In this document: in pieces, positions 13,015 through 24,550 of the stretch
How positions within the stretch are numbered: the stretch's first letter is position 1
How the letters are laid out: every line of letters begins with the position of its first letter
Assembly (NCBI RefSeq): GCF_963921235.1
Contig: NC_086097.1
Location: 195,426,001 to 195,490,000, forward strand
DNA length: 64,000 nt
Origin: Mobula hypostoma
Taxonomy: Eukaryota
Direction: 5' to 3'
Program-made: the position numbers and the translations under genes
Notes under the pieces: model-generated
What the model was told of the DNA's origin: nothing
Seen by the model: the letters and a program-made list of their open reading frames with translations, nothing else
Databases searched by the model: none

Positions 13015-13985
13015 GGAATGCAATTCTTTTCCCTTCTCCTGTTTATCCAACAATCCACACTTCAATCTAGCAGGTTGCGGTAATGTACCTAAAAGCTGGT
13101 TTGCCTGCCGCCATAAAATGACACAAGAAGAGGCAGCTTCATTTGCTGAACTGTTCCCTTCCCTTCCCTTTTGAAGCTTTCGCCTGAAGCCTTGCCTGTA
13201 ATGCCGTCAAGTTCAACCGCCAGAGCTAGACTGGGGCCTTGTCAGGATAAGGAACAGTCTGTCATTGTTTGGTGTTGTCTCTTTGTGTCCTTGCCTTCTC
13301 TAGGTAGTTCTGGCTGTTTGCCGCTACCTTCTGTTGTGAACAGTCTCTTTGTGTCCTTGCCTCCGTTGGGTAGGTATGGCCGTTTGCCGCTACCCTCAGT
13401 GGAGAATTGTCTCTTTGTGTTCAGGGTACTGTGTATAGAAAGAGCGCTGGCCTTCGGTCCTGTTCCCAAGGAGGGGGTCCTGGCTCTGTATGCTGTGTAT
13501 GAGTCCCGGCCCTACGTCCTGCTCCCAAGGAGGGGTCCCAGCTCTGTGTTCTGGTGTTCCTGAGTTCCAAGTCCAAGGCTTGAGGTTCCTGAGTTCCAAG
13601 TCCAAGGGTCTGAGGTTCCTGTCTCCCAAGACCAAGTCAAGGCTTCGTGGTCTCGTCCAGCCCAGGAGTACCTCGCCCAGCCCGGTGCTGGAGTCTCACG
13701 TCCTGTCCTGTAGCCTTGCCTCATCCAGTCCTGTAGCCACATCTAATCCTCACCTATATCTGGGGTCCGAGCCCAAGTCAAGACCCAGGTTCCGGGTCCC
13801 TGTCCAGATTCTGGCTCACAGTTCTAGTGCAGGCCCTGAATCCTAGTCTCGTCCAGGGTCTGTGTCGATGTCCAGTGTCCTTTCTTCCCCACTTCCCTTA
13901 CTTTCTTGTCACACCAAGCTCTGTTCCTAGTACTTCAGTGTTTGTGTCTTGCATTTGGGTCCGTCCCCAACTTCGCCTTATGACA

Positions 13986-16901
13986 CTTCACAAGAACATT
14001 CCCTCAGGATGTTGTAAAAAGTACTGATGGAGACTTCACCCTTAGAACAAAACACCCTCTTTTCTATGTCAGAACTAGAGAAATCAGTTAACAATGATAT
14101 TTTTTTTCTGTATATAATCTCCTATCTGAAAGAAATGAAAAAGATCCTGGTTGGGTATGTTAAACTTCTGTACTATTTGACTAAAAGACATCATCATTCC
14201 TTCATCAAACAAATCTCCTAGATGGAAAATACCCTTAGAAATCCAAAGTTTAAATCCAGAATCCATTATGCCAGGCTGAAAATCTGGACTGCCGGTTATT
14301 GGAGTGAAGGTGATATTTTCGCTGCATGGCCCTCAATTTGTCACACCGCCCTCCAAGCCCTAACTGTATTAATTGTTATTGGATTGTGACAATATTCCTT
14401 AACCAGTTTCATCTTATTGAGGAAAAGCAAATTAATAAGAAAGCATGTTGTTTGTGAGGCTTCAATGTCTAGCCAAATTGTGGAGGCGTCCCTGCAAACC
14501 CAGCCAACCACATAAGAAAAACATGAACTTAATTGATATTTTTTGCTGTCTGGAAAATCCAGACCCCCTAGACTACCGGGAAGCTGTAACTTAGACATTT
14601 TAATACAGGATCTTTTTTTGTTCCAGATGAAAGAAACAAACCAGCCATTTAGTTTAAGTATTTGTTGGGTAAAAATGACTGGAATCATTCATATTGGGTA
14701 GAGCAGATGAGGAAGAATGTTCATTTAGAGCAAGGATATTCGGCCAAGCCAAGAAATGGGAAGAGTGCTCCATCACTCAAGATCCTGTTTGATTTTGTCA
14801 AATAACTGCATAAAGTTAGCTTTGAACAATTGATCGAACGTAGGTGAGATAAATATGCCTAAGTAAGCAAAACCTGTCTGCGACCATTTAAAGGGGAAAA
14901 CACCCTGAGTGTCAGGTACCTGCTGCAGATTCCCCAGAGGCATAGCCTCTGATTTAGTAATGTTGATTTTATAACCTGAAAAGGCGCTAAATGAATTGAT
15001 GCATTGTATAAGGTGGTGCACTGACATAGCAGGGTTTGATAAGAAAATTACAACATCATCCGCATACAACGTAATTTTATGTGACTTTAGTCCTATGATA
15101 TTTTGGGGTCTCGCCAAATAGCCTCTGCTCAATCACTAGTGTGAAAAGTAGTGGTGATGAAGGGCAGCCCTGCCGGCTGCCCCTCAGAATACTAAAGTTA
15201 TCTGACCTAATACCAGTAGTGAGAATTGTAGCCAAAGGGTCATTATAAAGAACCTTCACCCGTTTAATAAAACTATTGCCCAAACCAAATCGTTCTAAAG
15301 TGAAAAAAAGATACAGCCTTTCGAAACGATGAAAGGTCTTTTCTGCATCTAAGGAAATCACCAAGCCATCCACTGCCTGTTGCTGACATGCCTGAATCAC
15401 ATTAAGTAATCTTCTGATATTGTTAGATGATCTACAGCCTTTTACAAAACCTATTTGATCTTCTTTTATGATGAAGGGTTACACAGTTTCTAATCACAAC
15501 ACTAAGGTTTTAGATAAGATTTTAAAGTCAACTTTTAACAACGAAATGGGTCTGTAGGAGGCACAGTCTTCAGGGCTCTTTCCTTTTTTAAGAATTGGGA
15601 AATATTAGCTTCTCTCAATGATGGTGGGAGGAGACCACAATTAAATGCATGATTGAACATGTTTAGCATAGGCTCTGATAATAACCCTGTGAACTCTTTA
15701 TAGAACTCACTAATGAGTCTATCAGGACCAGGAGCCTTCCCACTTTAAAGCTGTCTCACAGCTTCCTGCATCTCATGTATAGATAACGGAGCATTGAGGA
15801 GGGACTCTTGTTCAGAAGAAATGCCTAGGAGATCTAAATTCCTGAAAAAGGACTCCATCCTAGATTGTCCATCATTACGTTGCTCAGATTGATACAATTA
15901 GAATAAAAATTCTTAAACACTACATTAATTATTTTAGAGTTACTAGTGAGGACTCCTGTCCCATCTGTAATTGAAGCAATAGTCTGAGAGGCGTTTTTCT
16001 TTCTAGCTAAATAAACCAAATACCTACTTGGTTTTTCACCATGTTCAAACAATCGTTGTTTAGCAAATGTCAATTTTCTTTTGGCTGCTTGTATAAGCAA
16101 AGAGTTTAGTGTACAGCATAAGTATGTGATATTCTGTAACTTGGCTGCAGAAAGCTTATTAATATAATCCTTTTCAGCTGCCGCAAGCTTCCACTAGGCG
16201 CTGCTGTTCCACAGTTTATTGCTTCTTACTAGCAGAATAGGAGATAATTAAACCCCTTGCACAGGCCTTAGCAGTTTCCCAGAGCATTGATGGACTACTA
16301 GGTGATTTGGAATTAATAGATAGGAGAATTTTGAATTCAGAAGTAAAGTAGTCTATAAATTTATTATCTTTTAGAATAAAAGGATTCAGCCTCCAATGTC
16401 CAGATCGTGCTGAATTATCTTTGGGCTTAATATTTAAATATACTGCTGCATCATCAGAAATAGTGATATTTCCAATTGTGCAAGATACAACTAAATCTAG
16501 GAGCGTTTTGCGGGTTCGAAAAAAGTCTATTCTGGTGTAACACTTGTGTGGATTAGAAAAAAATGTGAAGTCTTTGTCTGAGGGATGTAACAACCTCCAG
16601 ACAGCCACAAGTCCTAGTTTTCCACATAAGCCCATGATTTGTTTGGACTGTGAGGAGAGCAATGGGGGACCACTAGGCACTCTGTCCATCAATGGGTCCA
16701 TGTATTAAAAGATGAAAAATAGACTTGATCATATCCACTCTGCTGCAGTTTTAGATGTTCTTTATCATTTAAATGTGTTTTCTGCAATAAGGCTATGTCC
16801 ACCCTTTCCTTTTTCAGGTTTAGTAGAATTTTCTTTCTCTTGATTGGTGAGTGACTCCCCTTAATATTCCAAGTGCACAATTTTAATATATTACTGGTCA
16901 T
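13986..16901 (-). pseudogene. L1 ORF2 remnant (APE + RT); C-terminus continues at 7340-7876
   Basis: CTWNIKG, TRIDFF, WRLNP, SLDAEK, RGSRQGCPSSPLLF, LYADD; C-terminal CSKC...HCFWTC in 7373-7753. Confidence 0.9.
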
Positions 16902-17346
16902 AACCCTTTATAACAATCTTTTGACTCTGGAGGAGAAGAAACCCAATTTAAGATCAGCTGAGCAGCAATAAGTGAATTTTTAAAAAACACACAAAAAAAA
17001 TGAAGTGCCAACACCGCTGAACAAGAGGACTTACCCCACACTTAAAGGGGGTATCTGAACCTTCTAGCACCTATTATTCTGCCCCACTGCCAATATGGCA
17101 TTTAACATAGTCAAAAATGAAAACAGGGCATAATTTATCAATCCGCCAATTTGTTACCGTCATATTTAAACCCCTTCAGGCTGGAGCAGCACCGCTAATT
17201 TAAACAAATAGTGAAACTATATTAATCAAAACAAATACATTACCCATCCTATAAGATATCTTGCCGTCAAGTAATGAAAAGGTAAAATGAAGCGACCATC
17301 GAGCATGTTATCGTCCATAACCAGGGCTACACAATATATACATTCT

Positions 17347-18185
17347 TTAGCCCATCGTGTCCACAAAAGTTTTAGCTTTGCCAGGAGAATCAAATATCTT
17401 GGTGGTCCCGTTGTAGGTGATTCTCAGTGCCGCTGGGTACAGCATAAAGTACGGGATTCCGGATTCTCTCAGCCGCTTCTTTACTTGGTTGAATTGCTTG
17501 AGTTTCCGAATAATGGCTGCCAAAAAATCTTGAGAAAACATAAGCCTGGATCCCTCATATATTAAAGCCTGGGCATCAGTCCCATGACATCTCAAAGCCT
17601 CCATCACTCTTTGCTTATCACCAAAATTATGGAACCGCACGAGGACAAGTCGAGGGCGCTAGTCTGGGCATGGCTTTGGAGCCAGCGTATGATGAGCTCT
17701 TCCAGTTTAATGTGTCCAGCCTTGGTTTCTAAATCAAGGAAATTAGGAAGTCAGCCCTCAAAAAACTTTGCTGGCTGGCTGCCTTTTGTACCTTCAGATA
17801 GACCGATGATCCGTATGTTCTTCTTCCTACCTTTATTCTCAGTATCATCAATACGGTCAGACAGGCTTTGAACTTGCTTTTCTAGCGCCTGGATGAGACT
17901 TTGGGCTTGATAACCTACAGTCTCTACTGTGGAGACTTGGCTGTCAGCCTCAGTCATTCTTGTATCAAGATTTTTAAGCTCCAATGTGTGGTTCTGGAGT
18001 GTTCGAGAGAGTGGACCCAGCTTCTCATCCATCATTTTGGATATGTTCTCCGTAACTTCCTGAATTACTTAACGAAAAGCAGGGTCCAACGTGTTAGCAT
18101 GGCTAGTAGCAGCTAGATCCTCAGCCCCAGGCGAGCACTCTGTGCAGTCCATCCTGGCCACCTTTTTAATACTTTTCGATGGCAT
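17347..18185 (-). pseudogene. L1 ORF1 remnant (coiled coil + RRM/CTD)
   Basis: DDTENKGRKKNIRIIGLSEG; FSQDF; YFMLYPAALRI. Confidence 0.85.
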
Positions 18186-18571
18186 GGTGTTGAAGCAGCT
18201 CAAAAAAAAATACTCATCAATGTTCATGTCATTAAATCCGACACTTGGGCATTTTAAATTAAAGTTGAAACTGATAGGTTTATATGCGAAATTACCAGTG
18301 TTGCGATGCTGAGCTCAGCAAAGCAGACTTTTCACTGCGCCGCCATCTTGAAAACCCCATATGCCTCCTTGATATTCTGCCAACAGTAGTGTTATCTTCA
18401 GCAAATCTATGGACGTCATTTGAGCTGTACTGAGCCATGTAGTCAAGAGAGTAACCAGTAGAGCAAGGTTATCATCAATCTACACTGACTCTGGACCCTT
18501 GATGGAGAATTCAAGAATCCAGTTGTAGAGGGGGTACAGAGATCCAGGTTTAGAAGCTCAGTGAATAATAC

Positions 18572-18955
18572 TGTTATGTTTCAGTCTGATCAACAACGGG
18601 CACCAGAATCCTACACACTCTGACATTCCTCCTCTCGTGATTATTAGCTGATTATTTTCATTTGTGTCCTCTTTTAGTTATCCGTGTGCCCTGTGCCTTG
18701 TTTTCTTTCAAGTGCCCTCTGTTTTGTTTGTCTTTGCTCAGTATTGAGTTTAGCCACCCTGTGTGTTCTAATTCTTGAGCACTGGCCTGGGTTCCTTATA
18801 AATCAATTCACAAATAAAGATTCATTGTTCAACTCCATCCACATTTCTGGTCTCCTCGGCACTTGAGTTCACCTGGTCTAACCCTCTCCTGTTAGTCCAC
18901 TAGTTGAAGATATGGAATCTCACCATAACAATCCTGGTTTAAACCCGGCATGACA
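18572..18955 (+). mobile_element. Solo LTR, family B (384 bp)
   Basis: TGTTAT...ATGACA termini; AATAAA near 18813; TSD AATAC/AACAC. Confidence 0.7.
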
Positions 18956-19096
18956 AACACTTCTTGTGACCCCTGGTGATGATTGTATTGAATTGTGAGC
19001 TGTAATTAATTAAAAGCAGCGTGACATTGACTCAGCAGTGAGGAGGCCACCTTTCACAAACAATATATGATGTGGGGTTCAATCAAACAGGACTGT

Positions 19097-19800
19097 TGTG
19101 ATGTTCTGATAAAAGAAACCTTAATTTGAGTGACTGGTGTTTAAATACTGCTCGTACACAATCGTCAGACAGCAAGAAATAACAGGTCATACACCGCATA
19201 AAATTATAAAGGAAGTATATTTACTAATTTCAGCTTTATCAAACAGTTACTAAGAGATATAAAAGAAAGAAAAGAAAAAAATAAATAAAAGAGCCCATTA
19301 CAATTAAATCAGTCTAAATCTGCACATAACCATTGGAGCTCGTATCTTCCAAAGCTGGCTATAAACGTTACTCACTGCACCGGACCAATTGTTTGCGTAA
19401 AAACACCAGTCCTAATCCAACTTCCCTTGAAGTCCATCTCGAACAAACTGGTTGTCTCTCAGGAGTATTGATCCTGCCCTTTGGAACCATACGTCTGCAC
19501 AAAACACTTCTTGGCATTCTGTGGCATCTTCCTTTTTGTCCCGCTCTGCAGCTCCCACCAACAAGGCCTCAAACCGGACTACTGCCCACCACAAATCTTT
19601 CTCTGCCCAGCTATCTCTAGCACTTTCTCCAGATCCCAGCATCCTAATTGTTAGACACAACATTGCTAAGTTGATCAGCCGGGCTTCTTATCGTAGCTGA
19701 AACCAAAACATTCTACCAGCAGGACACATTGCTTTTTGCAAATACTTCTGAAGTGAAGTACCTACAGCATTGCAGTAGAAATCACAACCAGAGCATTACA
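19097..19800. mobile_element. Putative solo LTR, family C
   Basis: Imperfect terminal inverted repeat TGTGATGTTCTG / CAGAGCATTACA; interrupts the Rex fragment; no clear TSD. Confidence 0.5.
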
Positions 19801-21029
19801 TGTATGTTTTGCTGTTGTCAATGTGCTTTAAAGCAGAGTGAAGAGCCAGTGTCATTATATCCATTGTAGACCTGTTGCAATGGTAGACAAATTGCCGTGG
19901 GTCCAGGTGCTTTTTTAAATGGGTCTTAATTCTAGCCATAACCAAATTCTTGAAGCACTTCACTGAAGTTGATAATCTTTGAGACAGCTCACCTTGCCAT
20001 CCCTGTCTGTTCTATGCAGTGGATGGTGAAGCACTGTGACTGGAACGATGTGTCCAAAGTGCTCAAGGTGAGCCATGTCTCTGTGAAGCAGAGTACACAG
20101 AAGTCCCTGATATCCTTCTGGTCCTGCAGTCTTGCTCTGAGGTCTTCAATTTTATATTCCAGAGACTGAACATTAGCCAGGAGAATGATAAGTGGGAGGC
20201 ATTAGGACCACGTGTTTCATTTTTACCTGCCACAGCAGCCATGAGACAATGGACTTGGTTCCTGAGTGTACTACAGTACCTAGTCTGTCAGATGTGAAGA
20301 TTCCTAGTTCTTTTACAATATAACAATATAACTTACTGCAATGTATGTTACTACAGGTTTCAGCTGGAGCAGTTGTAAGTTTCCTCTCTCGGGCGTTATT
20401 TTTTATGTGATCCTGCATCATGTTGCTCTCAATTGGAGAGGTACAGCAGTGGTTTAGCCCAGGTAGGAGTTGTCTGACAATGTGGATGTCCAAATGGAAG
20501 TGGTTCACCAGTGACATGGTCTAAGCTGGTTGGTGCAATAGTCTTCTGGTCCCATTGGCTGTTACCTGGCAACCTGCTGTTCTGGGCACCAGAGAGTTCT
20601 GAGAGTGTGGGGTGATCTGACAGCATGTTGGTCTTGGGGAAGGTGACAGCATTCTGCTTTTGATTAGAGTTGAATAGACACTGTACTAGCCCCCATTTCA
20701 GTAGTCGTGTTGCTAACACTCCCATGGGCTTTTCTATCCACTGCCCCATCCTTGCTAATCCCCAATCCTGCCTCGGACAACCATCCACTCACACCTGTCA
20801 TCCTGGTACTCCACAACATACACATCCATTCTGAAGTGGATCATGCATAGAAACACCATGTCCTACAATGTGCTCTGCATCAGAGTAATTTCCCAGGTGA
20901 CATTCAGAAAGTCCCAAAAATGTTTTAAAATCTGAAACACACACAAAATGCTAGGTGAGGGGTAAAGCATTATTTTAATGGTTTTTACACAGTAGTTCAT
21001 GACCATGATGATTAAGGCAACACAATAAT

Positions 21030-21192
21030 AAAATTGTTAGCACAATGCTTTGCCGTGCAGGTGGACTGAGTTCAATTCCCACCACTTGTAAGGAGTTTGT
21101 ATGGTCTCCTAGTGATCGCAGGGGTTTCCTCCAGGAGCTCCACATTCCCCTCAAATTCCAAAGACATACCAATTGGTAGGTTAATTGGTCAA
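21030..21192 (+). mobile_element. V-SINE-like (HE1-like) tRNA SINE, degenerate
   Basis: B box GAGTTCAATTCCC; V-domain-like GGAGTTTGTATGGTCTCC...GGGGTTTCCTCCAGGAGCTCC...TCCAAAGAC. Confidence 0.7.
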
Positions 21193-21199
21193 AGAAACA

Positions 21200-23810
21200 C
21201 GGAAAAACTTAATAAGTATTTTGGTCAGTCTTCCCTGCGGAAAAAACCAGCAGTCTGCCAGAAATGTGAGGGTATCAGGGGGCAAAAGTGATTGTAGTTG
21301 CTATTGCTAAGGAGAAGGTTCTTGGATAGCAGAAAGGTCCAAAGGTAGGGACTATGCCCCAGGATTCTGAAGGTGGTAGCTGAAGAGATTGTGGAGCCTT
21401 GGTAATGATCTTTCAAGGATTACTAGATTCTGGAATGATTCCTGAGAACTGGAAATGGAAATGCCAGTTGACACTTTGAGACAAGAGAGAAACAGAAGAA
21501 AGGATATTATAGGCCAGTTGGCTTGACTTCTGTGGTTGGGAAGATGTTGAAGTTGTCATAGCCCGGTCCATGAAGTCCATATTCCAGTTCACGGTCTGGT
21601 CCATCGACCCTTGCTCCAGGTTTTCCTTTCTACCCTGTTTCTGTCCTTGTTGAGCTAATTGAGGCAGCTGATGCTAATTGGGGCTGGCTGCATAAATACC
21701 TCCAGAGAGCAGGCCATGGTTGCTGGATTGTTCTTGTCTCCACTCCTTGTATCCCTTGCTCTGCCTTCTGTTTCCTCTCCTGAAGCCCTGCCTTGTCTTG
21801 CCTGCAGTCTTGTCCTGGAGCCACCATGTTCCTAGCTCCCTTCCTGTCCCTTGCCTCCGCCCAAGTAAGCCAGGCTGTCTCGCCGTTACCTGGGGTTGGT
21901 TCTGTCCCCTCCTGCTCCTTGCCTCCGCCCTTGTAAGCCAGGCTGTCTCGCCATTACCTGGGGTTGGTTCTGTCCCCTCTGTCCCTTGCCTCTGCCCAGG
22001 TAAGCCAGGCTGACTTGCCGTTACCTGGGGGTGGTTATGTCCCATCCTGTCCCTTGCCTCCGCCCAGGTAAGTCAGGCCGTCTCGCCGTTACCTGGGGGT
22101 GGTTCTGCACCTTCCTGTCCCTTGCCTCTGTCGGGTGGTGATCCATGCCCTGCCCAGGTGAACTGCACCCTGCCCTGGAGGAGCCAAGCCTCCAGCCTCC
22201 AGCCTCACCTCGCCTCAAGTCTCAAGTCTCCTGCCTGCAACCTTGTCTCGAGTCTCATCCCTCCTGCCTGCCAAGCCTCATCCTTACCTAGTTCAGGGGT
22301 CTGAGCCAGAGGGAAGACCCAGCTACTGGGTCCTTGTCCAGTCTCTGGCTCGGAGTCCAAGCCCGGGCTCTTAGCTCTTTTGTCCAGTCCTGTTCCTGAT
22401 TTTCCTGTCCATGTCCTTGCCATCGCCCTGTATCTTAGTCCTGTCCTTAGTACTTCAGTGTCTGTGTCTTGCGCTTGGGTCCGTTCCCAGCTGTGCCCCT
22501 ATGACAGAAGTCTGTTATTAAGGATGAGGTTTCGGGATACTTGGAGGTGCATGATAAAGTAGATGAAAATCAGTATGGTTTACTTAAGGAGTAAATCTTA
22601 GCGGACATATCTGTTGGAATTCATTGAGGAAATAATGAGCAGGATGGACAAAGGTGAGTCAGTGAATGTTGTTTCCTTGGATTTTCCGGTCTTTGACAAG
22701 GTGCTACACATGAGGCTACCTAGCAAGATAAGAGTCCATGGTATTAGAGGAAAGATACTAGCATGGGTCAAAGAATGGCTGACTGGCAGGAGGCAAAGAG
22801 TAGAAATAAGGACCCTTTTCTGGTTAGCTGCCAGTGACTAGTGGTGTGTGACAGGGGTCTGTTCTGGGACCACTTATTTTCACATTATGTGTCAATGATT
22901 TGGTTGAAGGAATTAATGGCTTTGTGGCCAAGTTTGCAGACAATATGCAGATAGATGGAGGTGCAGTAGAGTTGAAGAAGCAGGGAGTCTGCAGGAGGAT
23001 TTAGATAAATTGGGAGAATGGCCAAAGAAGAGCAGATGGATTATAGTATGGTCATGCATATTGGTAGAAAATATAAAGATTGAGTTTATTTTCTAAACGA
23101 GGTGAAAAGAGACAAAGGGACTTATGAGTACTTATGCATGTTGAGTCAGTGGTTAGGAAGGCAAATGCAATGTTAGCATTCATTTCAAGAAGACTAGAAT
23201 ATAAGAATTAGGATGAAATGCTGAGGCTTTATAAGGCATTGGTCAGCCCGCATTTGCATATTGTGAGCGGTTTTGGGTCTGTTATCTGAGGAACGATATG
23301 CTGGCATTGGATAGGGTCCAGTGGAAGTTCACGAGAATGATCCTAGGAATGAAAGGGGTTAACATATGTGGAATTTTGATGGCTCTGGTCCTGTACTCAC
23401 TGCAGGTTAGAAGAATGAGGGGGGTTCTTATTGAAATCTACTAAATACTGCATGGTGTAGATGGAGTGGATGTGAGTAGAATGTTTCCTAAGTTGAGAGG
23501 GTCTAGGAGTAGAAGGCACAGCCTTAGAATAGAGGGACACCCATTTAGTACAGAGATGAGGAAGAACTACTTCAGTCAGAGGGCAGTGAATCTATAGAAT
23601 TCATTGCCACGGCTGCGAAGGCAATGTTATTGAGTACTGTATACTTAAAGCAGAGGTAGACAGGATCTTGATTAATTAGGCCATCAAAGGTTATGGTGAG
23701 AAGACAAGAGCGTAGGATTCAGAGGGATAATAAATTGGCCATGATGGAATGGTGGAACAGACTCGATGAGCCAAGTGGTCTAATTCTGCTCCTTTGTTAT
23801 ATGGTCTTAT
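21200..23810 (+). mobile_element. Degenerate CR1 LINE (RT to 3' end), split by LTR A3
   Basis: FDKVLHMRL, KFADN motifs; CR1-type 3' tail near 23770-23810. Confidence 0.85.
21554..22506 (+). mobile_element. Solo LTR-like element, family A, copy 3
   Basis: TGTCAT...ATGACA; perfect 5-bp TSD GAAGT; TATA-like CATAAATA at 21691; about 60-bp tandem units at 21843-22130. Confidence 0.9.
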
Positions 23811-23829
23811 ATATTGAATGTGTGGGCAA

Positions 23830-24260
23830 AAGACTGGCAAATGAGATGGTGTTTGAGCTGTGCCTCACCACGTAGTCATGAGTGTAGAGAGACTAGAACA
23901 GTAGACTAAGCTCATGACTTTGAGATACACCTTTGTTGATTGTCAGTGAAGAGAAGTTAGCATCGTTCAATAGACACCACAATGATCTCCCAATTAGGAA
24001 GTCAAGGATTCAGTTGCAAAAGGAGGAGGTACAGACGCCCAGGTTTAGAAGCTTGGAGGTTAATACTGAGGAGACAATAATATTGAATACTGACTGTATT
24101 CAATAAACAAAGCCTGACATTATGTTTTGCTGTTGTCCGGGTACTCCAAAGCAAAGAGAGCCTATGGGATTGTGTCCACTGTTCACTTGTAGTGAGGCAA
24201 ACTGCAACAGGTCCATGTCCTTGTTCAGGAAGATGTTAATTCTAGACATCAGCCACCAAA
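23830..24260 (-). mobile_element. Rex1/Babar RT fragment
   Basis: Similar to 37900-38290. Confidence 0.6.
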
Positions 24261-24550
24261 AAAATAGCAAAATAATTAAAATTATGGAGGTTCTGCTGCA
24301 ATTGTATAGGTTGTTGTTGAGGCATCCCCAAGAATACTACATTTTTGGCAGTCCAAACAGGAATCAACAGGTTAATTCCTGGAATTAGAGGAATGAGGAA
24401 TAAGTAGACTGACCCTAATTTCCTTGGAGTTTAGAAGAATGAGAGGTAACTTTATTCAAACATATAAGATCCTAAGGGGGGTCAACAGGGTAGATGTTGA
24501 GATGCGGGAGTGTCTCAAACAAGGAGACATAATTATCTGGTAAGGGGCCT
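24260..24550 (+). mobile_element. Old CR1 3' fragment
   Basis: LLQLYRLLLRHPQEY and LEFRRMRGNFIQTYKIL motifs. Confidence 0.65.

Larger units (their letters stand above)
8049..13133 (+). mobile_element. Near full-length Nimb/I-group LINE with RNase H
   Basis: 15-bp TSD CAGCTTCATTTGCTG at 8034-8048 and 13134-13148; AAGAAGAG tail; gag-like ORF1; ORF2 APE-RT-RNase H-CCHC. Confidence 0.92.
7877..13985 (+). mobile_element. Solo LTR-like element, family A, copy 2 (split by Nimb-like LINE)
   Basis: TGTCAT...ATGACA; TSD CTCCA/CTTCA; the halves 7877-8048 and 13134-13985 rejoin across the 15-bp TSD. Confidence 0.85.
4030..18360 (-). mobile_element. Full-length decayed L1-clade LINE, interrupted by CR1, LTR and Nimb insertions
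   Basis: 10-bp TSD ATGCCTCCTT at 4020-4029 and 18361-18370; poly-T at about 4028-4036 (poly-A on minus); 5' AAGATGGCGG motif near 18340-18349; ORF1 and ORF2 remnants. Confidence 0.88.
18361..19990 (-). mobile_element. Rex1/Babar LINE fragment, right half, with LTR insertions
   Basis: Homologous to 37830-38360; interrupted at 18572-18955 and about 19027-19800. Confidence 0.65.

Noticed and set aside
20357..20374. 18-nt candidate microexon (TACAG/GTTTCAGCTGGAGCAGTT/GTAAGT)
   Set aside because: Weak polypyrimidine tract and no supporting neighbouring exons; expected by chance in 64 kb.
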